A DNA stretch of 64,000 bases, taken from NCBI GenBank assembly GCA_965222715.1, contig OZ244961.1:365458-429457 (forward strand), read 5' to 3'. A program made the position numbers and the translations under genes. The stretch comes from Minisyncoccota bacterium. GTDB taxonomy: Bacteria > Patescibacteriota > Minisyncoccia > Phycocordibacterales > JABMNX01. The notes under the pieces are model-generated. The model had not been told where the DNA came from and ran no database searches. It was given only the letters and a program-made list of their open reading frames with translations. Below are positions 1 through 8,840 of this stretch, one piece after another. Numbering within the stretch: position 1 is the first letter of the stretch; each line of letters opens with the position of its first letter.

Positions 1-1
1 T

Positions 2-196
2 AACCCAGAGGTCTTATGGTACATCTTTTTAGGTATCGTTTTGATATTTGTATTTTATAGTATTTTTCTTATGTACCACTGGTTTCGTTACGGCATGAAT
101 ATTCTTACCTCTCTTATTGCAACAGCTCTCTATGGAGGGGTGAGTCTTATATTACTTCTCATTATGTTACTCTCATTCGCCTCGTTGGTTACTTAA
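2..196 (+). CDS. Small membrane protein, 5'-truncated by window edge
   Basis: Open frame NPEVLWYIFLGIVLIFVFYSIFLMYHWFRYG...SLVT ending at TAA 194-196; two hydrophobic stretches. Confidence 0.65.
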   Translation, partial: NPEVLWYIFLGIVLIFVFYSIFLMYHWFRYGMNILTSLIATALYGGVSLILLLIMLLSFASLVT

Positions 197-223
197 GAGA
201 TTATCTACGATTACTTACGTACT

Positions 224-757
224 ATGCTTCACTTAAAAGAAGGAGAACAGATTGACATCAAAGCTAGAAAACACTGGTTTATACTTGTTGGTGAGTCTCT
301 TGGGTTATTTATTATGGCAGTATTCCCATTTGTGATTTGGGAAATGCTCTCAGGTGGACAATTTGATGCGCTCTTTCAGGACGGTTTCTCCTTCACAAAT
401 GTCTCCCCCGCACTCCTCACATTCCTCGGAAGCACATGGGTCCTGATTATATGGGCAAAACTCTTTGCTGCGTGGACTGATTACTATCTTGATATTTGGA
501 TTGTCACTAATAATCGTATTGTTAATATTGACCAAAAAGGACTTTTTAGACGAGAAGTCTCAACCGTAAGTTTTGATCGAGTGCAAGATGTAACATTTGA
601 AATTAATGGTATCATCGGAACCGTTCTTGGATTTGGCGATGTGTATGTTCAGACTGCTGGAGAAACGAGAGAGTTTGTTATTGAAGGAGTAGAAAACCCA
701 GAGCATGTAAAAAAACGAATCTTAACACAACTCGATGCTCACTCTACTCGTATGTAA
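224..757 (+). CDS. Membrane protein with bacterial PH (bPH_2-like) domain
   Basis: Two TM helices, then WIVTNNRIVNIDQKGLF...RVQDV...FGDVYVQTAG pattern. Confidence 0.75.
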   Translation: MLHLKEGEQIDIKARKHWFILVGESLGLFIMAVFPFVIWEMLSGGQFDALFQDGFSFTNVSPALLTFLGSTWVLIIWAKLFAAWTDYYLDIWIVTNNRIVNIDQKGLFRREVSTVSFDRVQDVTFEINGIIGTVLGFGDVYVQTAGETREFVIEGVENPEHVKKRILTQLDAHSTRM

Positions 758-834
758 ACATCAAAAAGGCGTGGTGATACGTGCTTTCATCACGACTTGT
801 TTTAAGCTACAATTGAACAATTAATATACGGTCT

Positions 835-2088
835 ATGGGAGATATACCTACAACAGAGTCATACAAAGGCGTACGAGATTTCTATCCTGAAGATATGTAC
901 GTTGAGCGTTTTATTTTTGACACCATGAGTCGAGTTGCTGAGAGTTTTGGGTACCGAGAGTATAGTGCGTCAATCTTAGAACCAGCAGAACTGTATCGCT
1001 CAAAAACAAGTGATGAAATTGTAAATGAACAGACCTACACCTTTACTGACCGTGGGGGGCGTGAGGTAACACTTCGCCCTGAAATGACACCAACCATCAC
1101 TCGTATGGTCGCAGCACGAAAACAAGAGCTTACATACCCTCTTCGATGGTTCTCTATCCCTAATGTATTTCGATACGAACGACCACAGCGGGGACGACTC
1201 CGAGAGCACTGGCAATTAAATGCAGATATATTTGGTGTCTCCAGTACAGATGCAGAAGCTGAGATTATTACTCTTGCTCACTCAATTATGAAAGCCTTTG
1301 GATCAGATGAGAGTGATTTTGAGATTAAAATAAATGATAGAGCTATTATTGACGCTCTACTTGAGGATACTGGTATTTCAGAAGATGTGCGCGGAGAGAT
1401 TATGCTTCTTCTTGATAAACAAGATAAAATTAGTGATTTTAAAGAGCAGTTGACGCGACTCATTGGAGAAAAAACAACACCTTTTATTACACAATTACAA
1501 GCCGTAAGTAGTAGCGCACGACTTGAGGAGCTGGTACAAAAGCTAGAGACCCTTGGTGTTAATAATGTCGTTATCGATACATCAATTGTGCGCGGCTTTA
1601 ACTATTACACGGGCGTGGTGTTTGAAGTGTTTGATACATCGTCAGAAAATAACCGATCATTGTTTGGTGGCGGCCGGTACGATAATTTACTTGAGTTATT
1701 TGGTAGCGAACCTATTCCTGCAGTAGGTTTTGGAATGGGAGACGTTACCATGAAAGACTTTCTTGAAACACATGACCTCCTCCCTGAGTACATTTCTCGA
1801 ACTGACCTCTTTCTTGCAACACTCACTGAAGATGCGGCTGACTTTGCTCAAAAACTTGCACAGGAGTTACGTCAACAAGATGTAAGTGTTGAGGTGTCAC
1901 TCTCACAAAAGAAGGTTGGTGAACAAATTAAACTAGCCGATAAGAAAAAGATTCCATTTGTTATTGCTATTGGAGAAAATGAAGTGGCGCAAGATTCGTT
2001 TACTATTAAACATCTTGCTTCAGGTGATGAGCGCACCGTATCTCGAGAAGACATAGCTACTTATATTTTTGAAAAAGGAGATATATAA
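835..2088 (+). CDS. hisS: Histidine--tRNA ligase
   Basis: KGVRDF, LRPEMT, FRYERPQRGRLREHWQ, VRGFNYYTG, GGGRYD, C-terminal anticodon-binding domain. Confidence 0.97.
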   Translation: MGDIPTTESYKGVRDFYPEDMYVERFIFDTMSRVAESFGYREYSASILEPAELYRSKTSDEIVNEQTYTFTDRGGREVTLRPEMTPTITRMVAARKQELTYPLRWFSIPNVFRYERPQRGRLREHWQLNADIFGVSSTDAEAEIITLAHSIMKAFGSDESDFEIKINDRAIIDALLEDTGISEDVRGEIMLLLDKQDKISDFKEQLTRLIGEKTTPFITQLQAVSSSARLEELVQKLETLGVNNVVIDTSIVRGFNYYTGVVFEVFDTSSENNRSLFGGGRYDNLLELFGSEPIPAVGFGMGDVTMKDFLETHDLLPEYISRTDLFLATLTEDAADFAQKLAQELRQQDVSVEVSLSQKKVGEQIKLADKKKIPFVIAIGENEVAQDSFTIKHLASGDERTVSREDIATYIFEKGDI

Positions 2089-2108
2089 GAAGAAGTTTTT
2101 TAATATCT

Positions 2109-2684
2109 ATGAGAAAAGTTGTTTTTGATATAGAAACACAGAATACCTTTGAAGATGTTGGTAAAGCAGAACCAGCACTTCTTGATATCGCACTTGTAGG
2201 CGTCTATGACTATGAAACAAATGAATACTATTCGTATACCGAGAACCAGCTCTCAGAACTGTGGCCTCTTCTTGAAAAAACTGACATGCTCATTGGGTAT
2301 AACTCAGACCATTTTGATATTCCCCTTCTTAATAAGTACTACCACGGCGACCTCACTCGAATAAAAAGTCTTGATTTACTCAAAGAGATTAAAAATGCAC
2401 TTGGGAGACGATTACGTCTTAATGTTGTTGCCGAAGCAACACTTGGAGTAAACAAGAGTGGCCATGGACTTGATGCAATTAAGTGGTGGAGAAACGGAGA
2501 GATTGAGAAGGTACGAAGGTACTGTCTTGACGATGTAAAGATAACTAAAGATATATATGATTTTGCACTAGCAAATGGTTTTCTGAAATATAAAGACCTC
2601 TCAGAAGTTAAAGACATAAAACTTGATACATCACATTGGGAAGAAGATCAGAGTGTTTCAATGACTCACTCACTTCCTTTTTAA
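2109..2684 (+). CDS. RNase H-like (DEDD, YprB/RNase_H_2-type) 3'-5' exonuclease domain protein
   Basis: FDIET, GYNSDHFDIP, YCLDDV motifs. Confidence 0.8.
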   Translation: MRKVVFDIETQNTFEDVGKAEPALLDIALVGVYDYETNEYYSYTENQLSELWPLLEKTDMLIGYNSDHFDIPLLNKYYHGDLTRIKSLDLLKEIKNALGRRLRLNVVAEATLGVNKSGHGLDAIKWWRNGEIEKVRRYCLDDVKITKDIYDFALANGFLKYKDLSEVKDIKLDTSHWEEDQSVSMTHSLPF

Positions 2685-2700
2685 ATCCCCTACCTTTTCA

Positions 2701-3498
2701 CTAGACAATAAGAATAAAAACCAAAAGGGCGAGCAGAACTCGATACACAATAAAAACGTTGAGTGTGTGGTTACGTAAGTAGCGAACCATAAAATGCATA
2801 GCCAGTATTCCCACAATAAACGCAGTAAGGGCGCTTAGAAAAAGTGGGAGGCCTAATGTAACTAAATCACCACTTCCTCCAAGTTCAAGTAATTTTTTAA
2901 GGCCTGAGCCAAAAATGATAGGAAATCCAAGCATGAATCCAAATCGTGTTGCCTCAACTCGTGAAAGCCCTAACAGCAACCCACCAGCAATGGTAACACC
3001 AGAACGAGACATGCCGGGAATGAGTGCAAGCGCCTGAAAGAGTCCGATCCAAAAACCTCGTTTCACATTAAGTTCTTGGGCTTGTTTTGCGAGTCGCTCT
3101 GCTACCCAAAAAAGTGCCGCCCCGAGAAGGAGTGTCCACGCAACTAGCTCAGCATTTCGAAACGATGTTGCCATAATGTCTTCAAGCAGAAGGCCGAGCA
3201 CTACAGCAGGCAGTGTTCCAACAACAAGCGCTCCTATTAGAATTTTGTCTTTTGAAGGTATTACCTTGCCTTGTACCCATTGGAGTGCTGAGAGAAAAAG
3301 TTGTAAAAAATCACGCCAAAAGTAGATGAGAATCGCGAGTGAGGTCGCAAGTTGTAACACTGCATCAACTGAGAGACCGAACTCTGTGTGTACACCTAAC
3401 ACCTCACGCGCGAGAATAAGATGCCCTGATGATGAAATGGGTAGAAATTCTGTTATTCCTTGAACAGCCCCAAGAATAATACCAGTGAGAGTATCCAT
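2701..3498 (-). CDS. uppP: Undecaprenyl-diphosphate phosphatase
   Basis: QGITEFLPISSSGH and PGMSRSG motifs; start moved to MDTLTG. Confidence 0.95.
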   Translation of the reverse strand: MDTLTGIILGAVQGITEFLPISSSGHLILAREVLGVHTEFGLSVDAVLQLATSLAILIYFWRDFLQLFLSALQWVQGKVIPSKDKILIGALVVGTLPAVVLGLLLEDIMATSFRNAELVAWTLLLGAALFWVAERLAKQAQELNVKRGFWIGLFQALALIPGMSRSGVTIAGGLLLGLSRVEATRFGFMLGFPIIFGSGLKKLLELGGSGDLVTLGLPLFLSALTAFIVGILAMHFMVRYLRNHTLNVFIVYRVLLALLVFILIV

Positions 3499-3557
3499 AC
3501 AGTACTTAGAATATAGTGTGGTACACTTAATACTATCATAGTAGTTAATAAACATAT

Positions 3558-4292
3558 ATGGAAGAAACAGTAGAACAAGGACATGCTACGAGGAATAAGT
3601 ATATGATTCCTGCAGCAATAGTCATCGCGGGTGTACTCATTGCTGGTGCGCTCTATATGACAAATCAACCAAACGAAGCACCTCGAGTTGGAGGAAGTAG
3701 CGATACCGCACAACGTATTCCACCCGTAACCAGTGACGACCATATTCTTGGAAGCCCAGACGCACAAATTGTTATTGTTGAGTATTCAGACTTTGAGTGT
3801 CCGTTTTGTAAAGATTTTCACAATGTAATGCATCAGATCATCGACGAGTACGGCCCAACAGGTGAAGTTGCCTGGGTGTATCGACACTTTGCTATCCCAC
3901 AACTACATTCAAAAGCCCCAAAAGAGGCAGAGGCAACAGAATGTGCAGCTGAACTTGGTGGGAACCAGGGCTTCTGGGACTATGCTGATAGGCTCTTTGA
4001 GGTAACACCATCAAATAATGGCCTTAATCTCTCACAACTTCCTGTTATTGCTGAAGAAGTTGGTCTTGACCGAGGTGCATTTGAGGCGTGTCTTTCAAGT
4101 GGACGATATGCACAGAAAATAGAAGACTCCTTTAATGAAGTGCGAGCAGCAGGTGGACGTGGTACTCCCCACAACGTTGTTATTGTAGACGGACAACAAG
4201 CAGTGATTGAAGGTGCACAACCACTACAAGCAATGCGCCGTGTTATTGAAACGCTTCTTAACGATTCAGGCGCGTCAGTACCAGCACTGTAA
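3558..4292 (+). CDS. DsbA/BdbD-family thioredoxin-fold oxidoreductase, N-terminal membrane anchor
   Basis: EYSDFECPFC and GTP motifs. Confidence 0.9.
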   Translation: MEETVEQGHATRNKYMIPAAIVIAGVLIAGALYMTNQPNEAPRVGGSSDTAQRIPPVTSDDHILGSPDAQIVIVEYSDFECPFCKDFHNVMHQIIDEYGPTGEVAWVYRHFAIPQLHSKAPKEAEATECAAELGGNQGFWDYADRLFEVTPSNNGLNLSQLPVIAEEVGLDRGAFEACLSSGRYAQKIEDSFNEVRAAGGRGTPHNVVIVDGQQAVIEGAQPLQAMRRVIETLLNDSGASVPAL

Positions 4293-4311
4293 TCCACAAC
4301 CTTTAGTTTAC

Positions 4312-4343
4312 AATAAACGCCAAGAGTACTCTTGGCGTTTATT
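4312..4343. repeat. Dispersed palindrome family copy 1; likely bidirectional terminator
   Basis: AATAAACGCCAAGAGT|ACTCTTGGCGTTTATT, perfect 32 bp, between convergent genes. Confidence 0.85.
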
Positions 4344-4348
4344 TTGTA

Positions 4349-4386
4349 TTGTTTAATATCTCAGCTATAGCTGAGATATTAAACAA
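4349..4386. repeat. Perfect 38-bp palindrome with no loop
   Basis: TTGTTTAATATCTCAGCTA|TAGCTGAGATATTAAACAA. Confidence 0.9.
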
Positions 4387-4418
4387 AGGAAGTTTTATAC
4401 ATTACTTTTTATATGGTG

Positions 4419-4490
4419 CCCTTATACAAATTTCATACATTAACCTTCTACAAATTTCATGTATTACCCCTCTGTAAATTTTATATACTA
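4419..4490. repeat. Three imperfect 24-bp tandem repeats
   Basis: CCCTTATACAAATTTCATACATTA / ACCTTCTACAAATTTCATGTATTA / CCCCTCTGTAAATTTTATATACTA. Confidence 0.8.
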
Positions 4491-5315
4491 TTCTTCAACA
4501 AGGCCGAGGCGGTAGATATCAAATGAGTTCTCTCCTTCAAACATGTCCGTTGGGTTAGGAAGAAAGATACGCCGTCGAGAAATCTCTTCAGTTGCATCAT
4601 TTAGTAGGCGGTGGAATAACACAAACTCATCTTGGCACTCATTAAAATCAATGACGTATTTACGCATCTGTGATTTTCCATCAGCATTCTTAGTGCGTTT
4701 ACATTCTTGAACAATAAACCGACGTACTGGCATATTAAATTCTTCTCTAACAGTGTAGTAGTTAAAGAGCGCCTGAATAATAAAAAGTGTCTTTTGTGCA
4801 CCATATCCACTAAATGACTGTACAAATTTGTGATCAACTATATCAAGTGCACCTTTTTCAATGCGAGACTCTACCACTAAATCAGAAACCGCCTTCAGTG
4901 GAAGTGTAAGCCCATCAACGCCCGCAACAATACTTTGCTCTACAGCAACCACTTTATGACGTGGTGGTCGCTTAAGATAGAAATTAATTGCCTGTAGGTA
5001 GCTTTTTTCCATCCCTAATCGCTTTTGCTTCTGTGCTCGTTTAGTACGAGCAGTCCCAAAGTTAATTTCAATATCTTGGATATGTTTGAGATACTCTCTT
5101 CCCTTCTCTATTGCTTCTTCTTTTGGCACTCCTTTGTAGAAATACTCAAGCGCTAAGTGCCCAGCTCGCCCCACAAATGACGAAGGTGATGATGGAATGT
5201 CGTAGACTTTCTCGACATAGCGCTTATACCACGCAAGTGGATTATTAAGAAAGGTCATTAACGAGGAGTAGCTCCAGTGTTCTATTGGTAGTTTTTGTGG
5301 AAGTTTCTGGCTCAT
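4488..5315 (-). CDS. PD-(D/E)XK nuclease family protein (AddB/RecB-like nuclease fold)
   Basis: WSYSSL..F...P..W...Y, G..GH.ALE, VAVE, SDL...IVDHK motifs. Confidence 0.85.
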   Translation of the reverse strand: MSQKLPQKLPIEHWSYSSLMTFLNNPLAWYKRYVEKVYDIPSSPSSFVGRAGHLALEYFYKGVPKEEAIEKGREYLKHIQDIEINFGTARTKRAQKQKRLGMEKSYLQAINFYLKRPPRHKVVAVEQSIVAGVDGLTLPLKAVSDLVVESRIEKGALDIVDHKFVQSFSGYGAQKTLFIIQALFNYYTVREEFNMPVRRFIVQECKRTKNADGKSQMRKYVIDFNECQDEFVLFHRLLNDATEEISRRRIFLPNPTDMFEGENSFDIYRLGLVEE

Positions 5316-5356
5316 TAGCTAGAAGTATAACAAAACTGCGTGTTTATATAGTACTA

Positions 5357-5385
5357 TTGACAATAGTTTTATATTATGATATATT
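5357..5385 (+). promoter_or_regulatory. Sigma70 promoter for small ORF 5427
   Basis: TTGACA-17-TATATT with TG extended -10. Confidence 0.7.
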
Positions 5386-5426
5386 TAACGTAGTTATACC
5401 TGAACATTAGAGTACGAGGTGACGTT

Positions 5427-5606
5427 ATGAATCTCAAAGAGGGTGTCCCTATTATACTTCTCTTCTTAGCTGCTTCGTTTTTTGCAGCAACCGCATTCAA
5501 GGAAGCATCTCCTTCCTACGTGGGTTTTGCTATATTCAGTTTCTGTTGTGGTCTTGCCGCAATCGGAGAAGCTATCGTGAACGCGATCAAAAAAAGCAAA
5601 GGGTGA
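5427..5606 (+). CDS. Small 2-TM protein (59 aa), below the ORF-track size cutoff
   Basis: MNLKEGVPIILLFLAASFFAATAFKEASPSYVGFAIFSFCCGLAAIGEAIVNAIKKSKG; GAGGTG SD, promoter and terminator. Confidence 0.7.
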   Translation: MNLKEGVPIILLFLAASFFAATAFKEASPSYVGFAIFSFCCGLAAIGEAIVNAIKKSKG

Positions 5607-5628
5607 ACACGTCGTCGCTTTTTGCTAA

Positions 5629-5652
5629 AACGCCGAGCATATGCTCGGCGTT
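5629..5652. terminator. Palindromic bidirectional terminator between small ORF and rpoD
   Basis: AACGCCGAGCAT|ATGCTCGGCGTT with A/T flanks. Confidence 0.7.
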
Positions 5653-5671
5653 CTCTTTTTAACAACAGCTA

Positions 5672-6985
5672 CTAGTAATTCTTGAGTTGATTTGAGTGTT
5701 CGTGGTGACGGATTTTCTCAAGCGCTTTTGCCTCGATTTGTCGAATACGTTCACGAGTTACCCCAAATTCTTTTCCTACTTCCTCAAGAGTATGATAAAT
5801 ACCATCCTCAAGTCCATGACGCATTTCAAGAATCTTTCGCTCTTTTGGTGAGAGTTCATCAAGAATACTACGCACCTGATCAGCTAGAATTCGTCGAGCT
5901 GATTCCTGGTCTGGTGAGAGAATTTTATCGTCAGCAATAAAGTCTCCGAGGGTTGATTTATCTTCCCCCTCATCCCCCACTGGGCTCTCGAGTGAAACAG
6001 TATCTTGGTTAATTTTTTCAATATTATGAATCTTCTCAACATCAAGCCCCATCTCTGCAGCAATCTCTTCTGGAAGTGGATCCCGCCCAAGATCCTGGCT
6101 CAACTGTCGTACTTTCTGCTTGTACTTTGCAATAGTTTCAACCATATGGACTGGAATACGAATAGTGCGAGATTGATCAGCAAGCGCTCGAGTAATTGCT
6201 TGGCGAATCCACCACGTTGCATAAGTTGAGAACTTGTACCCTTTTGTATAGTCAAACTTATCAACTGCACGAAAGAGTCCAATATTCCCCTCTTGAATAA
6301 GGTCGAGAAGTGTAAGATCAGGGCTACGGCCAACATATTTCTTTGCAATTGAGACGACGAGGCGTAGGTTTGCTCGCGCAAGAAGGTTCACCGCCTCTTC
6401 ATCACCTTCTGTAATGCGCTTTGCCAAGTCTCGCTCTTCCTGGGCGTTAAGGAGTGGGTACTGACCTATCTCACGGAGATACATTTGAATTGAATCGTAC
6501 GCAGAATCTTGCTTGTGATACACGTTCTTATTACCCAAGAGATTAGGTTCTTCTGCTTCAAGGAGGCCTCCTCCTTCAAGGACATCAATACTTGCCGTAT
6601 TAAGGCGTTCATACATCTCCTCAAGAAACAGTACGTCTTCCTCAATCTTAGGAAATGTCTTAAGAATTTGGTCGTACGTCACATACCCTCGTGCGCGACC
6701 ATTTTCAAGAAGTTCTTCTGCTTTCTTCTCTTTATTTTTATCTTTCTTGAGTGAAGTGCTTTTCTTCGGAGCTTTCTTCACAGCCTTTTTCTTTCCGGTT
6801 TTTTTAGGCGCTACTTTTTTTGTTACTTTTTTCTTTGCTGGCTTCTTCTTTGCAACCTTTCGTTTTGCAACTTTCTTTACTACTTTTTTAGTAGCTTTTT
6901 TTCGCGGAGATTTTTTGGTCGCTTTTGATGCGACTTTTCGAGTTGTCTTTTTTGTTTTTGTAGTAGCTTTTTTCTTTGTAGCCAT
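5672..6985 (-). CDS. rpoD: Primary RNA polymerase sigma factor with Lys/Ala-rich N-terminal tail
   Basis: [46 protein letters not shown]. Confidence 0.96.
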   Translation of the reverse strand: MATKKKATTKTKKTTRKVASKATKKSPRKKATKKVVKKVAKRKVAKKKPAKKKVTKKVAPKKTGKKKAVKKAPKKSTSLKKDKNKEKKAEELLENGRARGYVTYDQILKTFPKIEEDVLFLEEMYERLNTASIDVLEGGGLLEAEEPNLLGNKNVYHKQDSAYDSIQMYLREIGQYPLLNAQEERDLAKRITEGDEEAVNLLARANLRLVVSIAKKYVGRSPDLTLLDLIQEGNIGLFRAVDKFDYTKGYKFSTYATWWIRQAITRALADQSRTIRIPVHMVETIAKYKQKVRQLSQDLGRDPLPEEIAAEMGLDVEKIHNIEKINQDTVSLESPVGDEGEDKSTLGDFIADDKILSPDQESARRILADQVRSILDELSPKERKILEMRHGLEDGIYHTLEEVGKEFGVTRERIRQIEAKALEKIRHHEHSNQLKNY

Positions 6986-7021
6986 AGTATTTAATTTTAC
7001 CTTATTAATATTATTTTCCTA

Positions 7022-8752
7022 TTATTTACTAACGAATGATTTTAATTTTTCTGCAATTTTTTGACTTTTCTCTAAAAGTTTTGAAGAAGTCTGTGTATCC
7101 CCCGAGAGCTCTGCGTTACGCAATGCTTCCATCGTTTCTTCAAATTCCTTCTTGGTCATCCTGTACCGCACATGCTCTAACAATTCCTCTATATCTTCCC
7201 GTAAAATATTCTCATGCTCATACAATAATTCAATTTTAAATATATTTTCTTGTTGTTTGTTGCGACATTTCTCAAGAAGCTGAGCACCCCTCTCCTCCCC
7301 GAGAAGAGCAATGAATGATTCTCGCAGTTCACTAACATTAATACTTGGTGTTTCGATCTCCTCTTGCCATACAATAATTCCAGCAAGCTTCTCTTCAGCT
7401 GATTCTGGTGCTGATGGTTTTTGCGTGGACGCCACTCCTTCTCTTTGTGTCTGGTGTGACTTTAACTCTCTTTCACCAGCCATTCGCTCAAGATCAGCAT
7501 AGAGCACCTCTTCTGATATATTCATTGCTCGAGATACTCGAGTAATAAAGTGACTTTGGTCTACTTTATTTGATATTTGTGCAATAAGTGGAAATACTTT
7601 TTCTTGAACTTCGAGTTTAAATTTCCGCTCATCATACCCCTTCTCTCGTATATAGGTAAGGTAGAAGTCGATAATATGAACTGAGTTACGTACTGCTTCT
7701 TTCCATTTCTTAGGATCTTCTAAGATAAGGTCTGCAGGATCAACCCCCTCGGGAAGTTGTGCGACTTTTACATCAAGCCCCATACGAAGCGCAAGTGAAG
7801 CGCTTTTCCCAGCTGAGGTGAAACCTGCTTGGTCAGCATCAAACGCCATAACAATGTTTTTTGAGAGACGACTTAAGAGTGTTAGTTGGTGCTCGGTAAG
7901 GGCGGTACCTGAGACAGCAACAGTGTTTGAGTAGCCTGCTTGATGAGAAAGCACTACGTCCATTTGACCCTCAACCAGAATCGAGAAATTAAATTTCTTA
8001 ATACTCCCCTTTGCTAAGTCGTAGCCAAAGAGCACGCGAGACTTGTTATATAGAGGTGTGTCGGGTGAGTTAATGTACTTCCCTGTTTTACCATCGTTGT
8101 GCTGAGGAAGAATTCTTCCAGAAAAACCAACACTACGCCCTACACTATCTCGTATTGGAAACATGACTCTCCCTCGAAAAGTGTCGTAGTAACGAACTTC
8201 TTTTTTTTCTGTCTCGGCTTTTTTAACTAAACCAGCAGTGACCAGCTCTTCTTTTTGATACGATGCCGACTCAAGGTGTTCAAGTAATGCCCTCCATTCA
8301 TGTGGGGCGTATCCAAGAGAAAACCGTTCGATTAACTCTTTTGAAACACCTCGTTTGGTGAGATACTCACGTGCTTCTGTATTACGAGTAAGGTTGTGGT
8401 GGTAAAACGCTTCTGCTTTTGAAAGAGCGTCATAGAGACGTTCTCGTTCATCTCGCACTTCTTTACTTTCATGAACTAACTCCACCCCAGCTTTTTCTGC
8501 AAGAATTTTAAGTGCTCCCTTAAAATCAACACCCTCCATTTTTTCAACAAAAGTAAAGATGTCTCCGCCTTGATTTGTTGAAAAGCAGTAATACATATTT
8601 CGCTCTGGCGAGACGAAAAATGATGGCGTTTTCTCATTACTAAATGGTGATCTCCCTTTGTAGTTCTTTCCGGCTTTAGTTAGCTTCACGTATGCTGAAA
8701 CAACATCAAGAATGTTTAATCGTTCTTTTATTTGCTCAACTTGTGAAGACAT
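7022..8752 (-). CDS. dnaG: DNA primase
   Basis: Zn-finger-like EKTPSF, KYINSPDT, VEGQMDV, FDADQAG TOPRIM motifs; upstream of rpoD. Confidence 0.95.
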   Translation of the reverse strand: MSSQVEQIKERLNILDVVSAYVKLTKAGKNYKGRSPFSNEKTPSFFVSPERNMYYCFSTNQGGDIFTFVEKMEGVDFKGALKILAEKAGVELVHESKEVRDERERLYDALSKAEAFYHHNLTRNTEAREYLTKRGVSKELIERFSLGYAPHEWRALLEHLESASYQKEELVTAGLVKKAETEKKEVRYYDTFRGRVMFPIRDSVGRSVGFSGRILPQHNDGKTGKYINSPDTPLYNKSRVLFGYDLAKGSIKKFNFSILVEGQMDVVLSHQAGYSNTVAVSGTALTEHQLTLLSRLSKNIVMAFDADQAGFTSAGKSASLALRMGLDVKVAQLPEGVDPADLILEDPKKWKEAVRNSVHIIDFYLTYIREKGYDERKFKLEVQEKVFPLIAQISNKVDQSHFITRVSRAMNISEEVLYADLERMAGERELKSHQTQREGVASTQKPSAPESAEEKLAGIIVWQEEIETPSINVSELRESFIALLGEERGAQLLEKCRNKQQENIFKIELLYEHENILREDIEELLEHVRYRMTKKEFEETMEALRNAELSGDTQTSSKLLEKSQKIAEKLKSFVSK

Positions 8753-8840
8753 AGTATGTATTACCTCTCTATTGGTACTACTAGAGCCACTAGTAAGGCG
8801 TATGTACCCATGAAAGAACAATTAGCGACAAAGCGCAAAC

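Noticed and set aside
4419-4490. CRISPR array with Cas4
   Set aside because: Repeats are contiguous with no unique spacers; the nuclease lacks the four Fe-S cysteines; no cas1/cas2
4290-4490. Replication origin
   Set aside because: Only one mismatched DnaA box, no dnaA/dnaN, no switch in gene orientation bias
6747-7064. Phe-rich membrane ORF (also 17505-17909)
   Set aside because: Antisense shadow of the Lys-rich RpoD tail and the Glu-rich S16 tail
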